The notes: generated from the letters alone by a model not told the origin. Shown: positions 26,730 to 37,050, numbered from the stretch's first letter. The stretch is 64,000 nucleotides of DNA from Ignavibacteriales bacterium (GCA_037441705.1 JBBIRR010000021.1:1-64000), one strand, 5' to 3'. Numbers and translations are program-made.

Positions 26730-29700
26730 ATGAACATGCACACAGCAGAGTCCACCCAACAACGCAGCCGTTACGTCGTTTGCACGCTCCTTCTCGCAGT
26801 CATGGCAGCGGTGAATCTTCTTCATGCTCAACCGCTTGTTCTCGACACGTTCGAGTCACTTGAAGGCTGGCGTGCCATTACCTCCGAGGGTGCGGGGCTG
26901 TCTCTTTCGCAAGGGGAGGGCAAGACGGGGAAAGCGATGGTGATGGAGTTCGACCTGACGGGAGCCTACGGCTATGCGATTGCCCAGAAAGATTTTGCGC
27001 TGGATCTGCCTGCCAATTATCAGTTCACGTTCGATCTGCGTGCTGAGGCGCCGGTGAACAATTTTGAGTTCAAACTTCTCGACTCACTCGGCAATGTCTG
27101 GTGGATCAAGAAATTAAGCGTGAGCTTTCCGACTGCGTGGACGAAGCAGCGTATCAAGAAACGCCATTTGAGTTTTGGATGGGGTCCTTCCGGCAATGTG
27201 CCCATCACACGTGTGAAAAGCATCGAGTTCGTCGTCTCGTCGGGAACAGGCGGCAAAGGGAAGGTTTTTCTCGACAGCTTTCGGTTCGAACCCATCGACG
27301 ATGCTCTTGCAGAAACGGCACGCGCGGAATTCGACGCCTCCTCACTTGCAAAAGGGGGAGAGCCGCTGATGGATGCAAAGGGCACACGCCTCACAAACTG
27401 GAGCGGAAACAACGAACAGGAATGGCTCTCCATCAACTTCAACTACGCGAAGGAAATCGGCGGCGTGGTGATCGACTGGGATTCCACGCTCTTTGCAACC
27501 GAGTACAGCGTGTTGCTGTCCGATGACGGTAAGGACTGGACGAGGGCGTACGCCGTGAGCGGCGGCAACGGTGGGCGCGACTACATCTATCTGCCCGAAC
27601 AGAATGCTCGGGTGCTGCGGATCGCGTTCACGAAAAGTGCAGCCGGAAAAGGCTACGCCATCCGGCGCATGGAGGTGAAAGGGCCGGAGTTCTCGCAATC
27701 ACCGAACGAGTTCTTCACCGCGCTCGCGCAGGAATCGCCGCGAGGATGGTTTCCTCGCTACTTTTTGAAGGAGCAAACGTACTGGACGATCGTGGGTGTC
27801 AACGGCGACCGGAAAGAAGCGCTTCTCAACGAATTGGGCGCGGTCGAAGTGGATCAGCTCGGCTTCTCGCTCGAGCCGTTTCTGTATCTCGACAACAAGT
27901 TGATTACCTGGAATGATGTCGAACGAGAACAAACGTTGCTGGACGGGTACCTGCCGATTCCGAGCGTGACGTGGAAGTACGGAACGCTGAGGTTGACCGT
28001 GCGCGCTTTTGCGGCGGGCGCCGAAGGCAATTCGCTCCTGATCGTGACATACACGTTGGAGAACACCGGCGGTACTCCGCAGAAGGGAAAGCTGTTCGTC
28101 GCGCTGCGCCCGTTTCAGGTCAATCCGCCGTGGCAATGGCTGAACCAGGTTGGCGGCGCGACGAGAATCGACAGCATCCGCAGCGAGAACGGCGTACTGC
28201 ATGTGCAGAACAAGATCGTCATTCCCGTGTCGCAGCCGACGGCGTTTGGTGCGACAGGCTTCGACAGCGGCGAGATCATCGAGTATCTGCAACACGGATC
28301 GCTGCCGCAGGCGCAGGGCGTGACCGATCCGCGCGGGTTCGCTTCCGCTGCGCTCGCGTATGATTTCAGCGTACTCTCGACACTTCCGCAGTCATTTCAC
28401 GTCGTCGTACCGTTCCATGCCTGGCGCGGAAGTCCGACGCCGAACATGGGTCCCAGCGCCGACATTTACGTCGGCCTGGCACACGAAGCGACCGTTGCGG
28501 CCTGGAAAGCGAAACTCGATCAGGTTCGTATCACGCTTCCGGGCTTTGCACAACCCATCATCAACACGATCAAATCGAATCTTGCGTACATCTTTATCAA
28601 CCGTGATGGTGCAGGAATTCAACCCGGCTCGCGCAGCTACGAGCGTTCGTGGATACGCGACGGCTCGTTGACATCAACGGCGTTGTTGGAGATGGGCGTG
28701 AAGGACGAGGTGCGGCAGTTCATCGATTGGTACGCGCAGTATCAGTTTCTGAACGGAAAGATGCCGTGTGTGGTTGATCAGCGCGGCGCCGATCCCACCA
28801 ACGAACACGATAGTCACGGACAATTCATTTATGCCGTGATGCAGTACTTCAACTTCACGAAAGACACGGCATGGCTGCGAACGAAATTCGATCATGTCGT
28901 CAAGACGGTGCGCTTCATCCAAGCGCTCAGGGCGGAACGGAAGACCGACCTGTACAAGAGCGGCACGCCGGAGCAGCGAGCGTGTTACGGACTTGTTCCC
29001 GAATCCATCAGTCATGAAGGCTACTGGGATGTGCCGCGCCATTCCTATTGGGACGACTTCTTTGTTCTGCGCGGGTTGAAGGACGCGACAGCGATCGCGA
29101 CCATTCTCGGTGAGAAAACCCTCGCGTCGGAGTTTGCCGCCGAGCGTGACGACTTTCGCAAGGACCTGTACAACTCGATGCGCCTTGCCATCAGCATCAA
29201 AGGGATTGACTACATTCCCGGTTGCGTGGAGCTGGGCGATTTCGATGCAACCTCGACGACGATCGGCGTGCACCCGGCCAACGAACTCGGCTTCATTCCG
29301 GAGCCGCAGCTTCACAACACGTTCGATCGGTACTACGAGTACTTCAAGAAGAGAAGAGATGGCGCCGTTGCGTGGAAAGACTACACGCCGTATGAGAACC
29401 GCGTTATCGGTACGTTCGTCTATCTCGATCAGAAGCAGCGGGCGCACGAAGCACTGCAGTTCTTCATGAACGATCGCCGTCCTGCGGCGTGGAATCAGTG
29501 GGGCGAAGTGGTGCATCGCGATCCCCTTGCGCCGAAGTTCATCGGCGACCTGCCCCATACCTGGTGCGGCTCGGATTTCATCCGCTCTGTGCGCGCGATG
29601 TTCGTCTACGAACGAGAACGGGATGCGGCGCTCGTGGTCGGTGCAGGCATCGCCGATGAATGGGTGAAGGATTCAACCGGCGTACGCGTCGAAGCTCTGC

Positions 29701-29924
29701 CGACGTACTACGGGCCGCTGACGTACACGATGAAGATGAACGGCAGTGCGGTGGTCGTCACGATCGGCGCCGGTATTACCATCCCGCCCGGCAAGATCGT
29801 CCTCAAGTCCCCCCTCTCACGCCCGATCGTTTCTGCGGCGATTGGGAAGAAGAGACTGAAAGTGAACAGCAGAAACGAAGTCGTTATCCAACGCGTCCCC
29901 GTAACATTTGTTCTGACATACTGA
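26730..29924 (+). CDS. Exported multi-domain carbohydrate-active protein: CBM11/CIA30-like + discoidin (F5/8C, CBM32-like) + six-hairpin (alpha/alpha)6 glycosidase domain
   Basis: Signal peptide; EWLSINF...IGGVVIDW...YSVLLSDDGKDW discoidin; IQPGSRSYERSWIRDGS, EHDSHGQ, GLVPESISHEGY and GDLPHTWCGS in the catalytic region. Confidence 0.75.
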   Translation: MNMHTAESTQQRSRYVVCTLLLAVMAAVNLLHAQPLVLDTFESLEGWRAITSEGAGLSLSQGEGKTGKAMVMEFDLTGAYGYAIAQKDFALDLPANYQFTFDLRAEAPVNNFEFKLLDSLGNVWWIKKLSVSFPTAWTKQRIKKRHLSFGWGPSGNVPITRVKSIEFVVSSGTGGKGKVFLDSFRFEPIDDALAETARAEFDASSLAKGGEPLMDAKGTRLTNWSGNNEQEWLSINFNYAKEIGGVVIDWDSTLFATEYSVLLSDDGKDWTRAYAVSGGNGGRDYIYLPEQNARVLRIAFTKSAAGKGYAIRRMEVKGPEFSQSPNEFFTALAQESPRGWFPRYFLKEQTYWTIVGVNGDRKEALLNELGAVEVDQLGFSLEPFLYLDNKLITWNDVEREQTLLDGYLPIPSVTWKYGTLRLTVRAFAAGAEGNSLLIVTYTLENTGGTPQKGKLFVALRPFQVNPPWQWLNQVGGATRIDSIRSENGVLHVQNKIVIPVSQPTAFGATGFDSGEIIEYLQHGSLPQAQGVTDPRGFASAALAYDFSVLSTLPQSFHVVVPFHAWRGSPTPNMGPSADIYVGLAHEATVAAWKAKLDQVRITLPGFAQPIINTIKSNLAYIFINRDGAGIQPGSRSYERSWIRDGSLTSTALLEMGVKDEVRQFIDWYAQYQFLNGKMPCVVDQRGADPTNEHDSHGQFIYAVMQYFNFTKDTAWLRTKFDHVVKTVRFIQALRAERKTDLYKSGTPEQRACYGLVPESISHEGYWDVPRHSYWDDFFVLRGLKDATAIATILGEKTLASEFAAERDDFRKDLYNSMRLAISIKGIDYIPGCVELGDFDATSTTIGVHPANELGFIPEPQLHNTFDRYYEYFKKRRDGAVAWKDYTPYENRVIGTFVYLDQKQRAHEALQFFMNDRRPAAWNQWGEVVHRDPLAPKFIGDLPHTWCGSDFIRSVRAMFVYERERDAALVVGAGIADEWVKDSTGVRVEALPTYYGPLTYTMKMNGSAVVVTIGAGITIPPGKIVLKSPLSRPIVSAAIGKKRLKVNSRNEVVIQRVPVTFVLTY

Positions 29925-29928
29925 GGCG

Positions 29929-32568
29929 ATGGAAACACGCGCTCGTCGTAGGAAATATCTGCTGAACGGCATCTGGTTTTTTCAACCGACGACGAACGAC
30001 GCCCTGCCGACGTCGTGGGACCACACGATCGTGGTGCCGTCGGTGGTTGATTGTGCCGAGCCGCGCTGCCGGTGGCAGGAGTTTTCGTACTTCTGGTACC
30101 GCACAACGTTCGACATTCCTTCGCTGCGGGAGTGTGCCTTCGTCGTGATCGAGCAGGCGATGTTCGGAACGGAAGTGTGGTTGAACGGCACGTATCTCGG
30201 CGGTGACATTGCCTGCTACACCTCGCAGGAATACGATGCGCGGGCTGCGCTGAAACCTGGAGTCAACGAACTGATCGTGCGCGTGGGGTGCCGAGAACAT
30301 CTCCCGCCGCACAGCGCTGTCGGCAACGATCAGGAGCGTACCGAATGGATTCCCGGCATGTGGGGGGATGTGTACCTGACGCAGTGCGGCAACCCGCGCA
30401 TCAAGCTCGTGCAGGTGATTCCGCACATCCAAACCGCGACAGTCGAAGCGAGAGTGACGGTCGAAAATCGTTCAGAACATCCTGCGACCGTTGTCCTTTC
30501 GACTATTGTTCGAGAAAAGAGAAGCGGCAAACCTGTCAGCACACCACAAGAGCAGAATCTCACGCTCACGCCGAACAACACGGCAGCAGCAGTCTTCTAT
30601 CACCCGATTGACGGGGTGCACCTGTGGTCTCCTGACTCGCCATTCCTTTATGAACTTGAATCCGAAATCGTGGGTTCTGCCCCGGAAGGGGACTCGTGCG
30701 TTCAGGTCTTCGGCATGCGTGAATTCAGGATACACGACGGCGATTTTATCCTGAACGGCAGAAAGATTTTGCTCCGCGGCGGCAACATTGCCTTTCATCG
30801 GTTTCTGTCGGATTCCGATCGCGGCCCGCTGCCGTGGAATCTCGAATGGGTGAAGAAGGTGTTGATCGATATCCCGAAGGCACACAACTTCAATTTCTTC
30901 CGGTGTCACCTTGGCCACGTGTACAACCGGTGGTACGACATCGCCGATGAGTACGGCATGCTGCTGCAGGATGAGTGGATGTTCTGGACGACGAGCGGCT
31001 CGAAAGAGCAGACGATGAAGGAGTTTACGCGCTGGCTGCAGGACAACGGGCATCACCCGAGCATCATCATCTGGGATGCACTCAATGAATGCACGGACGA
31101 CATCGTGCAGAAGGAGATTGTGCCCGCGATGAAGAAACTCGACCCCACCCGCCCGTGGGAGCCGGTTGATGTTGTTGAGGAACATCCGTACATCTACTCA
31201 CTCGGTCCGGTCTTGAACGACAGGAAGTTCGGCTTCACCCGCTCGCTTGCCGAGATCGAGCACTCGTTGAAGCCGACGATGCTCAATGAGTTCTGCTGGT
31301 GGTGGCTGGACAAGGATTTCAATCCCTCGTCGCTCATGAGCGGTGTGATCGAGCGCTGGCTGGGTCCTTGCTGGACGAAAGAACAGGCGATTGCGCACCA
31401 ATCGTATCTCGTGACCGAGCTGGTCGAGCTGTTCCGCCGGATGCGCGTGGATGCGATTCAGCCGTTCGTGTACCTCAGCAACAACGCCGGACCGACAGCG
31501 CACTGGTTCGTCGGTAACATTGCATCGCTACAGCCAAAGCCGATCCTTGCCGCGCTCAAGAATGCCTTCAGTCCGTTCGGCGTGAGCATCGAGTTGTGGG
31601 ATCGACATTTCTTCCCCTCCGAGTTGCGGACGGTGCGCGTGTTCGTCTTCAACGATGAGCCGGAGGCGCAATCCGGCACGCTGCGGTGTGGGCTGGTGAA
31701 TGCATCAGGCGAATGGTTGTACGAAATGAAGCAAGCCATTACCGTCGCGGCGGCAGAGTCCGTGCGCGTTGCCGTGACGCTGCCGATGCCTCCACGGGTT
31801 GGCAGTTACGTTGTTCGGGCAGAAATTCTCCAAGATGAGCGCCTGATTGCGTACTCGGAGAAGCCTGCATTCGTCTGTGCACGCCCATCGGCGCCGCGGC
31901 TGCTGAAGGAACGCTTCGTTGCCGTGCTCGGTGCCGATGACGAGATGGTCGAGTTTCTTGCCGGCCATGATGTCGGTGTTTGCTCGATCAGCGACATAAA
32001 CACGAAAGGGGCGAGCGTTCTGCTCGTTGGCGAGGGAAAGCTGTTCAGTTCGGAGTATCAATCGCGCCTCGGCGCGGCGACAAAGTTCCTCCAAGCGGGC
32101 AAGACCATCGTCATCATCGAACCCGAGTGGGGCGTGCGTGACCGCGAAACCATCAGCGTCGCGTTGGGACTTGATCTGCACATCTGCAAGCGAGAGGATA
32201 AGGACAGGGGCGGCTATGACTCGTATGTGTTTGCCGAGGATCAAACGCATCCGCTGTGGCAGGGCATTCTGCCCGATCATCTCAAGATGTTCAACGGCGG
32301 CTATGGCGGAGAGGTGGTCTCGCAGCATGATGTTACGCCGACACGCCCGATGCACGTGCTTGCCCGGTGTGGTTTAGGCTTGGCCGTGCCGGCTGTCTTT
32401 GAGGTGCCGATGGACAAGGGAAGAGTGATCGTGTCGCGCTTGCAGGTGCGCGGGAGGCTCACGTCAACCACGGGTACCGAGCAACTGTTTGCACGTCGCC
32501 CCGACCCGGTGGTGCAGCGGTATTTCATCAATCTCCTCGCGTATGCTTCGGAGCGTGTCGGGGACTGA
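29929..32568 (+). CDS. GH2-family glycoside hydrolase (no signal peptide)
   Basis: LNGIWFF, VWLNG, LWSPDSPFLY, FGMREF...F.LNGRKI.LRG, ADEYGMLL, HPSIIIWDALNE (acid/base NE). Confidence 0.85.
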   Translation: METRARRRKYLLNGIWFFQPTTNDALPTSWDHTIVVPSVVDCAEPRCRWQEFSYFWYRTTFDIPSLRECAFVVIEQAMFGTEVWLNGTYLGGDIACYTSQEYDARAALKPGVNELIVRVGCREHLPPHSAVGNDQERTEWIPGMWGDVYLTQCGNPRIKLVQVIPHIQTATVEARVTVENRSEHPATVVLSTIVREKRSGKPVSTPQEQNLTLTPNNTAAAVFYHPIDGVHLWSPDSPFLYELESEIVGSAPEGDSCVQVFGMREFRIHDGDFILNGRKILLRGGNIAFHRFLSDSDRGPLPWNLEWVKKVLIDIPKAHNFNFFRCHLGHVYNRWYDIADEYGMLLQDEWMFWTTSGSKEQTMKEFTRWLQDNGHHPSIIIWDALNECTDDIVQKEIVPAMKKLDPTRPWEPVDVVEEHPYIYSLGPVLNDRKFGFTRSLAEIEHSLKPTMLNEFCWWWLDKDFNPSSLMSGVIERWLGPCWTKEQAIAHQSYLVTELVELFRRMRVDAIQPFVYLSNNAGPTAHWFVGNIASLQPKPILAALKNAFSPFGVSIELWDRHFFPSELRTVRVFVFNDEPEAQSGTLRCGLVNASGEWLYEMKQAITVAAAESVRVAVTLPMPPRVGSYVVRAEILQDERLIAYSEKPAFVCARPSAPRLLKERFVAVLGADDEMVEFLAGHDVGVCSISDINTKGASVLLVGEGKLFSSEYQSRLGAATKFLQAGKTIVIIEPEWGVRDRETISVALGLDLHICKREDKDRGGYDSYVFAEDQTHPLWQGILPDHLKMFNGGYGGEVVSQHDVTPTRPMHVLARCGLGLAVPAVFEVPMDKGRVIVSRLQVRGRLTSTTGTEQLFARRPDPVVQRYFINLLAYASERVGD

Positions 32569-32636
32569 ACCCTGCCGAATCGCGAGCAGAATGTGTTTTG
32601 ATGCTCAACGCATGACCAACGCCGCACGGTACGGCA

Positions 32637-33278
32637 ATGATTACACGTGATTATCTTATGCGGATGATTGACCAGCTTGTGAAAGTGCTGGTACGTGTTC
32701 TCCAGCATAAGAAAGCGCACGAGTTTCGTTTTGCGAGGAAGGAACTCGAAGCCGCCTACCGATCGCTGTTGGGCGTCAATCCCGATTTCGTTCGGCGTTT
32801 TTCTGTAGAGCAGTTGGCGAATCTCATCGGTACGGACCCGGAGACGCGCAGCACCCGATGCTATGTGCTCGGTGTGCTTCTCAAGGAAGAGGCGGAGATC
32901 GAGCGCCTCGATCATCATGATGAGCAGAGTCTTCACGTATGCCTCAAAGCCCTGAGCCTTTTGCTTGCTGCGTTTCTCGAATCGCCGTTCCCCCTCGAGA
33001 GCGATCATGCAAAGCGCATTGAAGAATGCGTGACGTTCTTGCAGGATGTGCACATGACGCGCGAGGTACTCGAACCGTTGATGCTGTTCTATGAGCGTAT
33101 CGGCAAGTTCGCCAAAGCGGAAGATATTTTGTTTGAGTTGATCGACATCAGTGATGAGTACAAAGATCGCGGGCTTGATTTCTACGAACGTCTTCTCCAA
33201 CACCCCGATGCAGCACTCGAAGCAGGCGGCCTGCCGCGCAGCGAAGTGCTCGAAGGGTTGAGTCTTCTGAAACATTGA
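32637..33278 (+). CDS. DUF6483-like helical/TPR-like protein
   Basis: RDYLMRMIDQL N-terminus; FYERIGKFAKAEDILF and LEAGGLPRSEVLEGL C-terminal motifs. Confidence 0.65.
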   Translation: MITRDYLMRMIDQLVKVLVRVLQHKKAHEFRFARKELEAAYRSLLGVNPDFVRRFSVEQLANLIGTDPETRSTRCYVLGVLLKEEAEIERLDHHDEQSLHVCLKALSLLLAAFLESPFPLESDHAKRIEECVTFLQDVHMTREVLEPLMLFYERIGKFAKAEDILFELIDISDEYKDRGLDFYERLLQHPDAALEAGGLPRSEVLEGLSLLKH

Positions 33279-33295
33279 TATTCACGCTTATACAC

Positions 33296-35521
33296 ATGCG
33301 CAAGATTCTTCTTCTCATTGTGGCAACCGCAGCCTGCTTCACGGCGAGCGGAGCACAGCATTTTCGTTCTCTCGATCCGCTGATCGAGCGGCGGATTGAT
33401 TCGCTGATCAGTCTCATGACCCTCGAAGAAAAATTGGGCCAGCTCAACCAACGCGTGGGTGGCTACGATCATTCAACAGGCACGATTCGCCCGGACGATG
33501 TACGGATGCTGCGTGAGGGCAGAGTGGGTTCCTATCTTGGAGTGGTTGGAGCAGAACGCACTCGCCGCTTGCAAAAGATTGCAGTAGAAGAATCACGCCT
33601 CGGCATCCCCCTCATCTTTGGGCTTGATGTGATTCACGGATTTCGAACGACGTTCCCGATTCCGCTGGCAGAAGCAGCAACATGGAATCCCGAGCTTGTG
33701 CAGCAGGCAGCGCGCGCTGCCGCACGCGAGGCGACGGCGGCGGGAATTCACTGGACGTTTGCGCCGATGGTGGACATTGCTCGCGATCCGCGTTGGGGGC
33801 GTATTGCTGAAGGCGCAGGCGAAGACCCGTACCTCGGTGCCGTGATGGCGACAGCGAAGGTGCGCGGCTTTCAGGGTGAAATTCTGCGAGACTCCACCGC
33901 GCTGCTGGCGTGTGCGAAGCACTTTGCTGCGTACGGCGGTGCGGAGGCCGGAAGGGACTACAACACCGTTGACATCTCCGAACGCACGCTGCGCGAAATC
34001 TATCTCCCTCCGTTCAGAGCCGCTGTCGAAGCAGGCGTTGGGACGCTCATGTCGTCGTTCAACGAAATTGCCGGCGTGCCCAGCTCAGGAAATCGCTGGC
34101 TCATGACCGACGTGCTGCGCGGCGAGTGGCAGTTCAACGGCTTTGTTGTGAGCGATTGGGAAGCCATCCTCGAGATGATCAATCATCGCGTGGGGGCGAC
34201 ACGAACCGACGTAGGTGTGTTGGCGTTGAATGCCGGCGTTGATATGGACATGGTGAGCGGCATCTACGCCAACGAAATGGTGCAGGCAGCGCGGGCGGGA
34301 CTCGTCACCGAACAAACTGTGAACCACGCAGTGCGTCGAGTGCTCCGCGCGAAGTTCGCCCTCGGACTGTTCGATCATCCCTACCGCAACTGCGACACGC
34401 TCCGCGAGAGGACGGAGATGCTGAAGCCCGAATACCTCGCGCTCGCGCGCAAGCTCGCCCAGCAGGCAATCGTTCTGTTGCAGAACAAGCGTAGAGTCCT
34501 TCCGCTGAGCAAGAATCTGAAGCGCCTTGCGCTCATCGGGCCGCTGGTTGACGATCGGCGCGAGCCGAAGGGACCGTGGGCGGCTGAGGGCAGGCCCGAG
34601 GATGTCGTGACGGTGTTGGAGGGTGTGCGCACGAAACTTGGACCCGATGTGCATCTTGAGGTCGTGAAGGGATGTGAGATCGTCGGCGATTCGGGCGTGG
34701 CGTTTGGCAGAGCCGTACGAGCAGCGCAAGCGGCGGATGCCGTTATCGTGGTGGTGGGCGAACGTGAAACGATGAGCGGCGAAGCCGCGAGTCGTGCCTA
34801 TTTGGATCTGCCGGGCAGGCAGGAAGAATTGGTGCGAAAACTTGCGGGCACGGGCCGGCGTCTGATTGTGGTGGTGATGAGCGGCCGCCCGCTGACGCTC
34901 GCGTCGGTTGCCGAGCATTGTGATGCTCTTCTTCAAGCATGGTTTCTCGGCTCGCAATCCGGCAACGCGATCGCCGATGTCGTGTTTGGAGATGTGAACC
35001 CGAGCGGCAAGCTGCCGGTGACATTTCCGCGCACGCTCGGACAGGTGCCGATCTATTACAACCACAAAAGCACGGGCCGCCCGCCGGTGGATACCCTCAA
35101 GTACACATCGAAGTACATTGATGCGCCGACGACGCCGCTGTTTCCGTTCGGGTTTGGACTTTCATACACAACGTTCGTTTACAAGAATCTTCGGCTATCG
35201 GACTCCGCCATTTCCATGCAGCAGCAAGTGCGCGTGATGGTGGATGTTGAGAATGTCGGCGAGCGCGACGGAGAAGAGGTTGTGCAGATGTACGTTCGGG
35301 ACGAGGTGGCAAGCGTGACGCGGCCGGTGAAGGAGTTGAAAGGGTTTCGTCGTGTTGCGCTCAGGGCTGCGGAGAAGAAAACCGCGGAGTTCATCCTCAC
35401 GCCTGATGATCTGTCGTTTTATGATCTGAACATGAAGCGGGTGATTGAGCCTGGATGGTTCACGGTGATGGTGGGAGGGAGTTCTGAAGCGTTTCTTGAA
35501 ACACGATTCGAGGTACGATGA
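33296..35521 (+). CDS. bglX: Periplasmic GH3 beta-glucosidase
   Basis: MTLEEKLGQL, SRLGIPLIFGLDVIHG, ARDPRWGRIAEGAGEDPYL, KHFAAYG, FVVSDW nucleophile, SGEAASR, RPVKELKGF. Confidence 0.93.
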   Translation: MRKILLLIVATAACFTASGAQHFRSLDPLIERRIDSLISLMTLEEKLGQLNQRVGGYDHSTGTIRPDDVRMLREGRVGSYLGVVGAERTRRLQKIAVEESRLGIPLIFGLDVIHGFRTTFPIPLAEAATWNPELVQQAARAAAREATAAGIHWTFAPMVDIARDPRWGRIAEGAGEDPYLGAVMATAKVRGFQGEILRDSTALLACAKHFAAYGGAEAGRDYNTVDISERTLREIYLPPFRAAVEAGVGTLMSSFNEIAGVPSSGNRWLMTDVLRGEWQFNGFVVSDWEAILEMINHRVGATRTDVGVLALNAGVDMDMVSGIYANEMVQAARAGLVTEQTVNHAVRRVLRAKFALGLFDHPYRNCDTLRERTEMLKPEYLALARKLAQQAIVLLQNKRRVLPLSKNLKRLALIGPLVDDRREPKGPWAAEGRPEDVVTVLEGVRTKLGPDVHLEVVKGCEIVGDSGVAFGRAVRAAQAADAVIVVVGERETMSGEAASRAYLDLPGRQEELVRKLAGTGRRLIVVVMSGRPLTLASVAEHCDALLQAWFLGSQSGNAIADVVFGDVNPSGKLPVTFPRTLGQVPIYYNHKSTGRPPVDTLKYTSKYIDAPTTPLFPFGFGLSYTTFVYKNLRLSDSAISMQQQVRVMVDVENVGERDGEEVVQMYVRDEVASVTRPVKELKGFRRVALRAAEKKTAEFILTPDDLSFYDLNMKRVIEPGWFTVMVGGSSEAFLETRFEVR

Positions 35522-36936
35522 TGGAGCGCTTTTGCGTTAGGGATGCGAAGGGTGGCGCCGTTGTTCAGGCGCCAGTGCCGCAGCGCTGTTTCTGCGGCAC
35601 CGAAGCGATAGCGAAGCCCGAAGCAGCCCGACCCCGCTTGCTGTTCAACGCGGGGGAACGCCCATATTCATCAGTTGCAAAGATCGCGCTTGCTGCTCTG
35701 CTGTGTGCGTGGATGATTGCGGGCTGCGGTGCATCGTCCGATGGGCGCACGGAGATTGTCTTCTGGGCGATGGGTGCTGAAGGCGAACACGTGGCGAAAT
35801 TGATGCCGGCGTTCGAGCGCCGCCATCCGAATCTGCGTGTGCGCGTGCAGATGATTCCCTGGAATGCTGCGCACGAAAAATTGCTGACCGCCTACGCAGG
35901 CAACTCGCTGCCGGACATGGCGCAGATCGGGAATACGTGGATTCCGGAGTTTCACCTGTTGAACGCGCTCGAGAATCTTTCGCCGTACGTTGCGCGCTCG
36001 ACAACCATCAACGACTCGAGTTACTTTCCCGGCATCTGGGACACGAATGTGATTGACTCCGCGCTGTACGGCGTGCCGTGGTACGTGGACACGCGTGTGC
36101 TGTTTTACCGTTCTGATTTGCTTGCGCGCGTCGGATACAACAAGCCGCCGGTGTCGTGGGACGAGTGGTTTGATGTGTGCGAGAAGGTGGTGAAGAACAA
36201 CGTCGCCGAGTACGGCATCTTCTTTCCGACGAACAACGAATGGGCACCGCCCGTGCTTATGGGCGTTCAGCTCGGCTCGCCGCTGCTGACGGAGAACGCG
36301 ACGCGCGGCGCGTTCAGCGGGAAGGAGTTTCGCGATGCGCTGCATGCGTTTCATCGTTTCTTCAAGAAGGGGTGGGCGCCGGTGAAGACCACGCAGATTG
36401 TCAATATCTACCAGGGCATGGCGGAGAAGGTCTTCGCCATGCACATCACGGGACCGTGGAACATCGGCGAGTTCAAACGGCGCATGCCTCCTGCATTGCA
36501 GCACGCGTGGATGACGGCGCCGCTGCCCGGGCCTCACGGCGGCATCGGCGCATCGCTTGCCGGCGGCTCGAGCCTCGCGATCTTTCGGCATTCGGCAAAG
36601 AAGCAAGAGGTGTGGAAGGTGATCGAGTATCTTTCCGACCCTGCCGTCCAGATCGAGTTCTACCGGCTGACCGGCGATCTGCCTGCGCGCACTGAAGCCT
36701 GGCGCGACTCAGCGCTTGCCGGCAATATCTATGCGCGAGCGTTCTTTCAGCAACTCCAGCATGTTGTTGCCATGCCGAAAACGCCGGAGTGGGAACAGAT
36801 TGCGCAGAAGGTGCGCGAGTATGTCGAGTTGGTGACGATGGATCGGTTGACCGTCGAGCAAGCAACGATGCTGCTTGACCGAGACGTGGATTTGATGCTG
36901 GAGAAGCGGCGGTGGATGTTGGGCAGAGGCGGATAG
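35518..36936 (+). CDS. Sugar ABC transporter substrate-binding lipoprotein (N-terminus carries an in-frame palindromic insertion)
   Basis: ATGA overlap with the bglX stop; lipobox IAG-C near residue 69; FWAMGAEG, PDMAQIGNTW, YGVPWYVDTRVLFYR, GGSSLAIF. Confidence 0.9.
   Translation: MMERFCVRDAKGGAVVQAPVPQRCFCGTEAIAKPEAARPRLLFNAGERPYSSVAKIALAALLCAWMIAGCGASSDGRTEIVFWAMGAEGEHVAKLMPAFERRHPNLRVRVQMIPWNAAHEKLLTAYAGNSLPDMAQIGNTWIPEFHLLNALENLSPYVARSTTINDSSYFPGIWDTNVIDSALYGVPWYVDTRVLFYRSDLLARVGYNKPPVSWDEWFDVCEKVVKNNVAEYGIFFPTNNEWAPPVLMGVQLGSPLLTENATRGAFSGKEFRDALHAFHRFFKKGWAPVKTTQIVNIYQGMAEKVFAMHITGPWNIGEFKRRMPPALQHAWMTAPLPGPHGGIGASLAGGSSLAIFRHSAKKQEVWKVIEYLSDPAVQIEFYRLTGDLPARTEAWRDSALAGNIYARAFFQQLQHVVAMPKTPEWEQIAQKVREYVELVTMDRLTVEQATMLLDRDVDLMLEKRRWMLGRGG
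35533..35664. repeat. REP-like multi-hairpin element (copy B), in frame within the SBP 5' end
   Basis: TGCGTTAGG...GGAACGCCCA ends shared with copy A; hairpins TGGCGCC/GGCGCCA, GTGCCGCAG/CTGCGGCAC and CCCCGC/GCGGGG; 132 bp = 44 codons. Confidence 0.6.
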
Positions 36937-36941
36937 TTTCT

Positions 36942-37024
36942 TTCTGAACCGCAAATGGGCGCGAATGAACGCTAATGAAGAGAGGGATTGATTCGCGTTG
37001 ATTCGCGTGGATTCGCGGTTAGAA
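36942..37024. repeat. Palindromic element built of three 10-bp units per arm
   Basis: AACCGCAAAT-GGGCGCGAAT-GAACGCTAAT, 14-nt loop, ATTCGCGTTG-ATTCGCGTGG-ATTCGCGGTT. Confidence 0.75.
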
Positions 37025-37050
37025 CTCAAGAAGCTTAAGAAATACAATTC

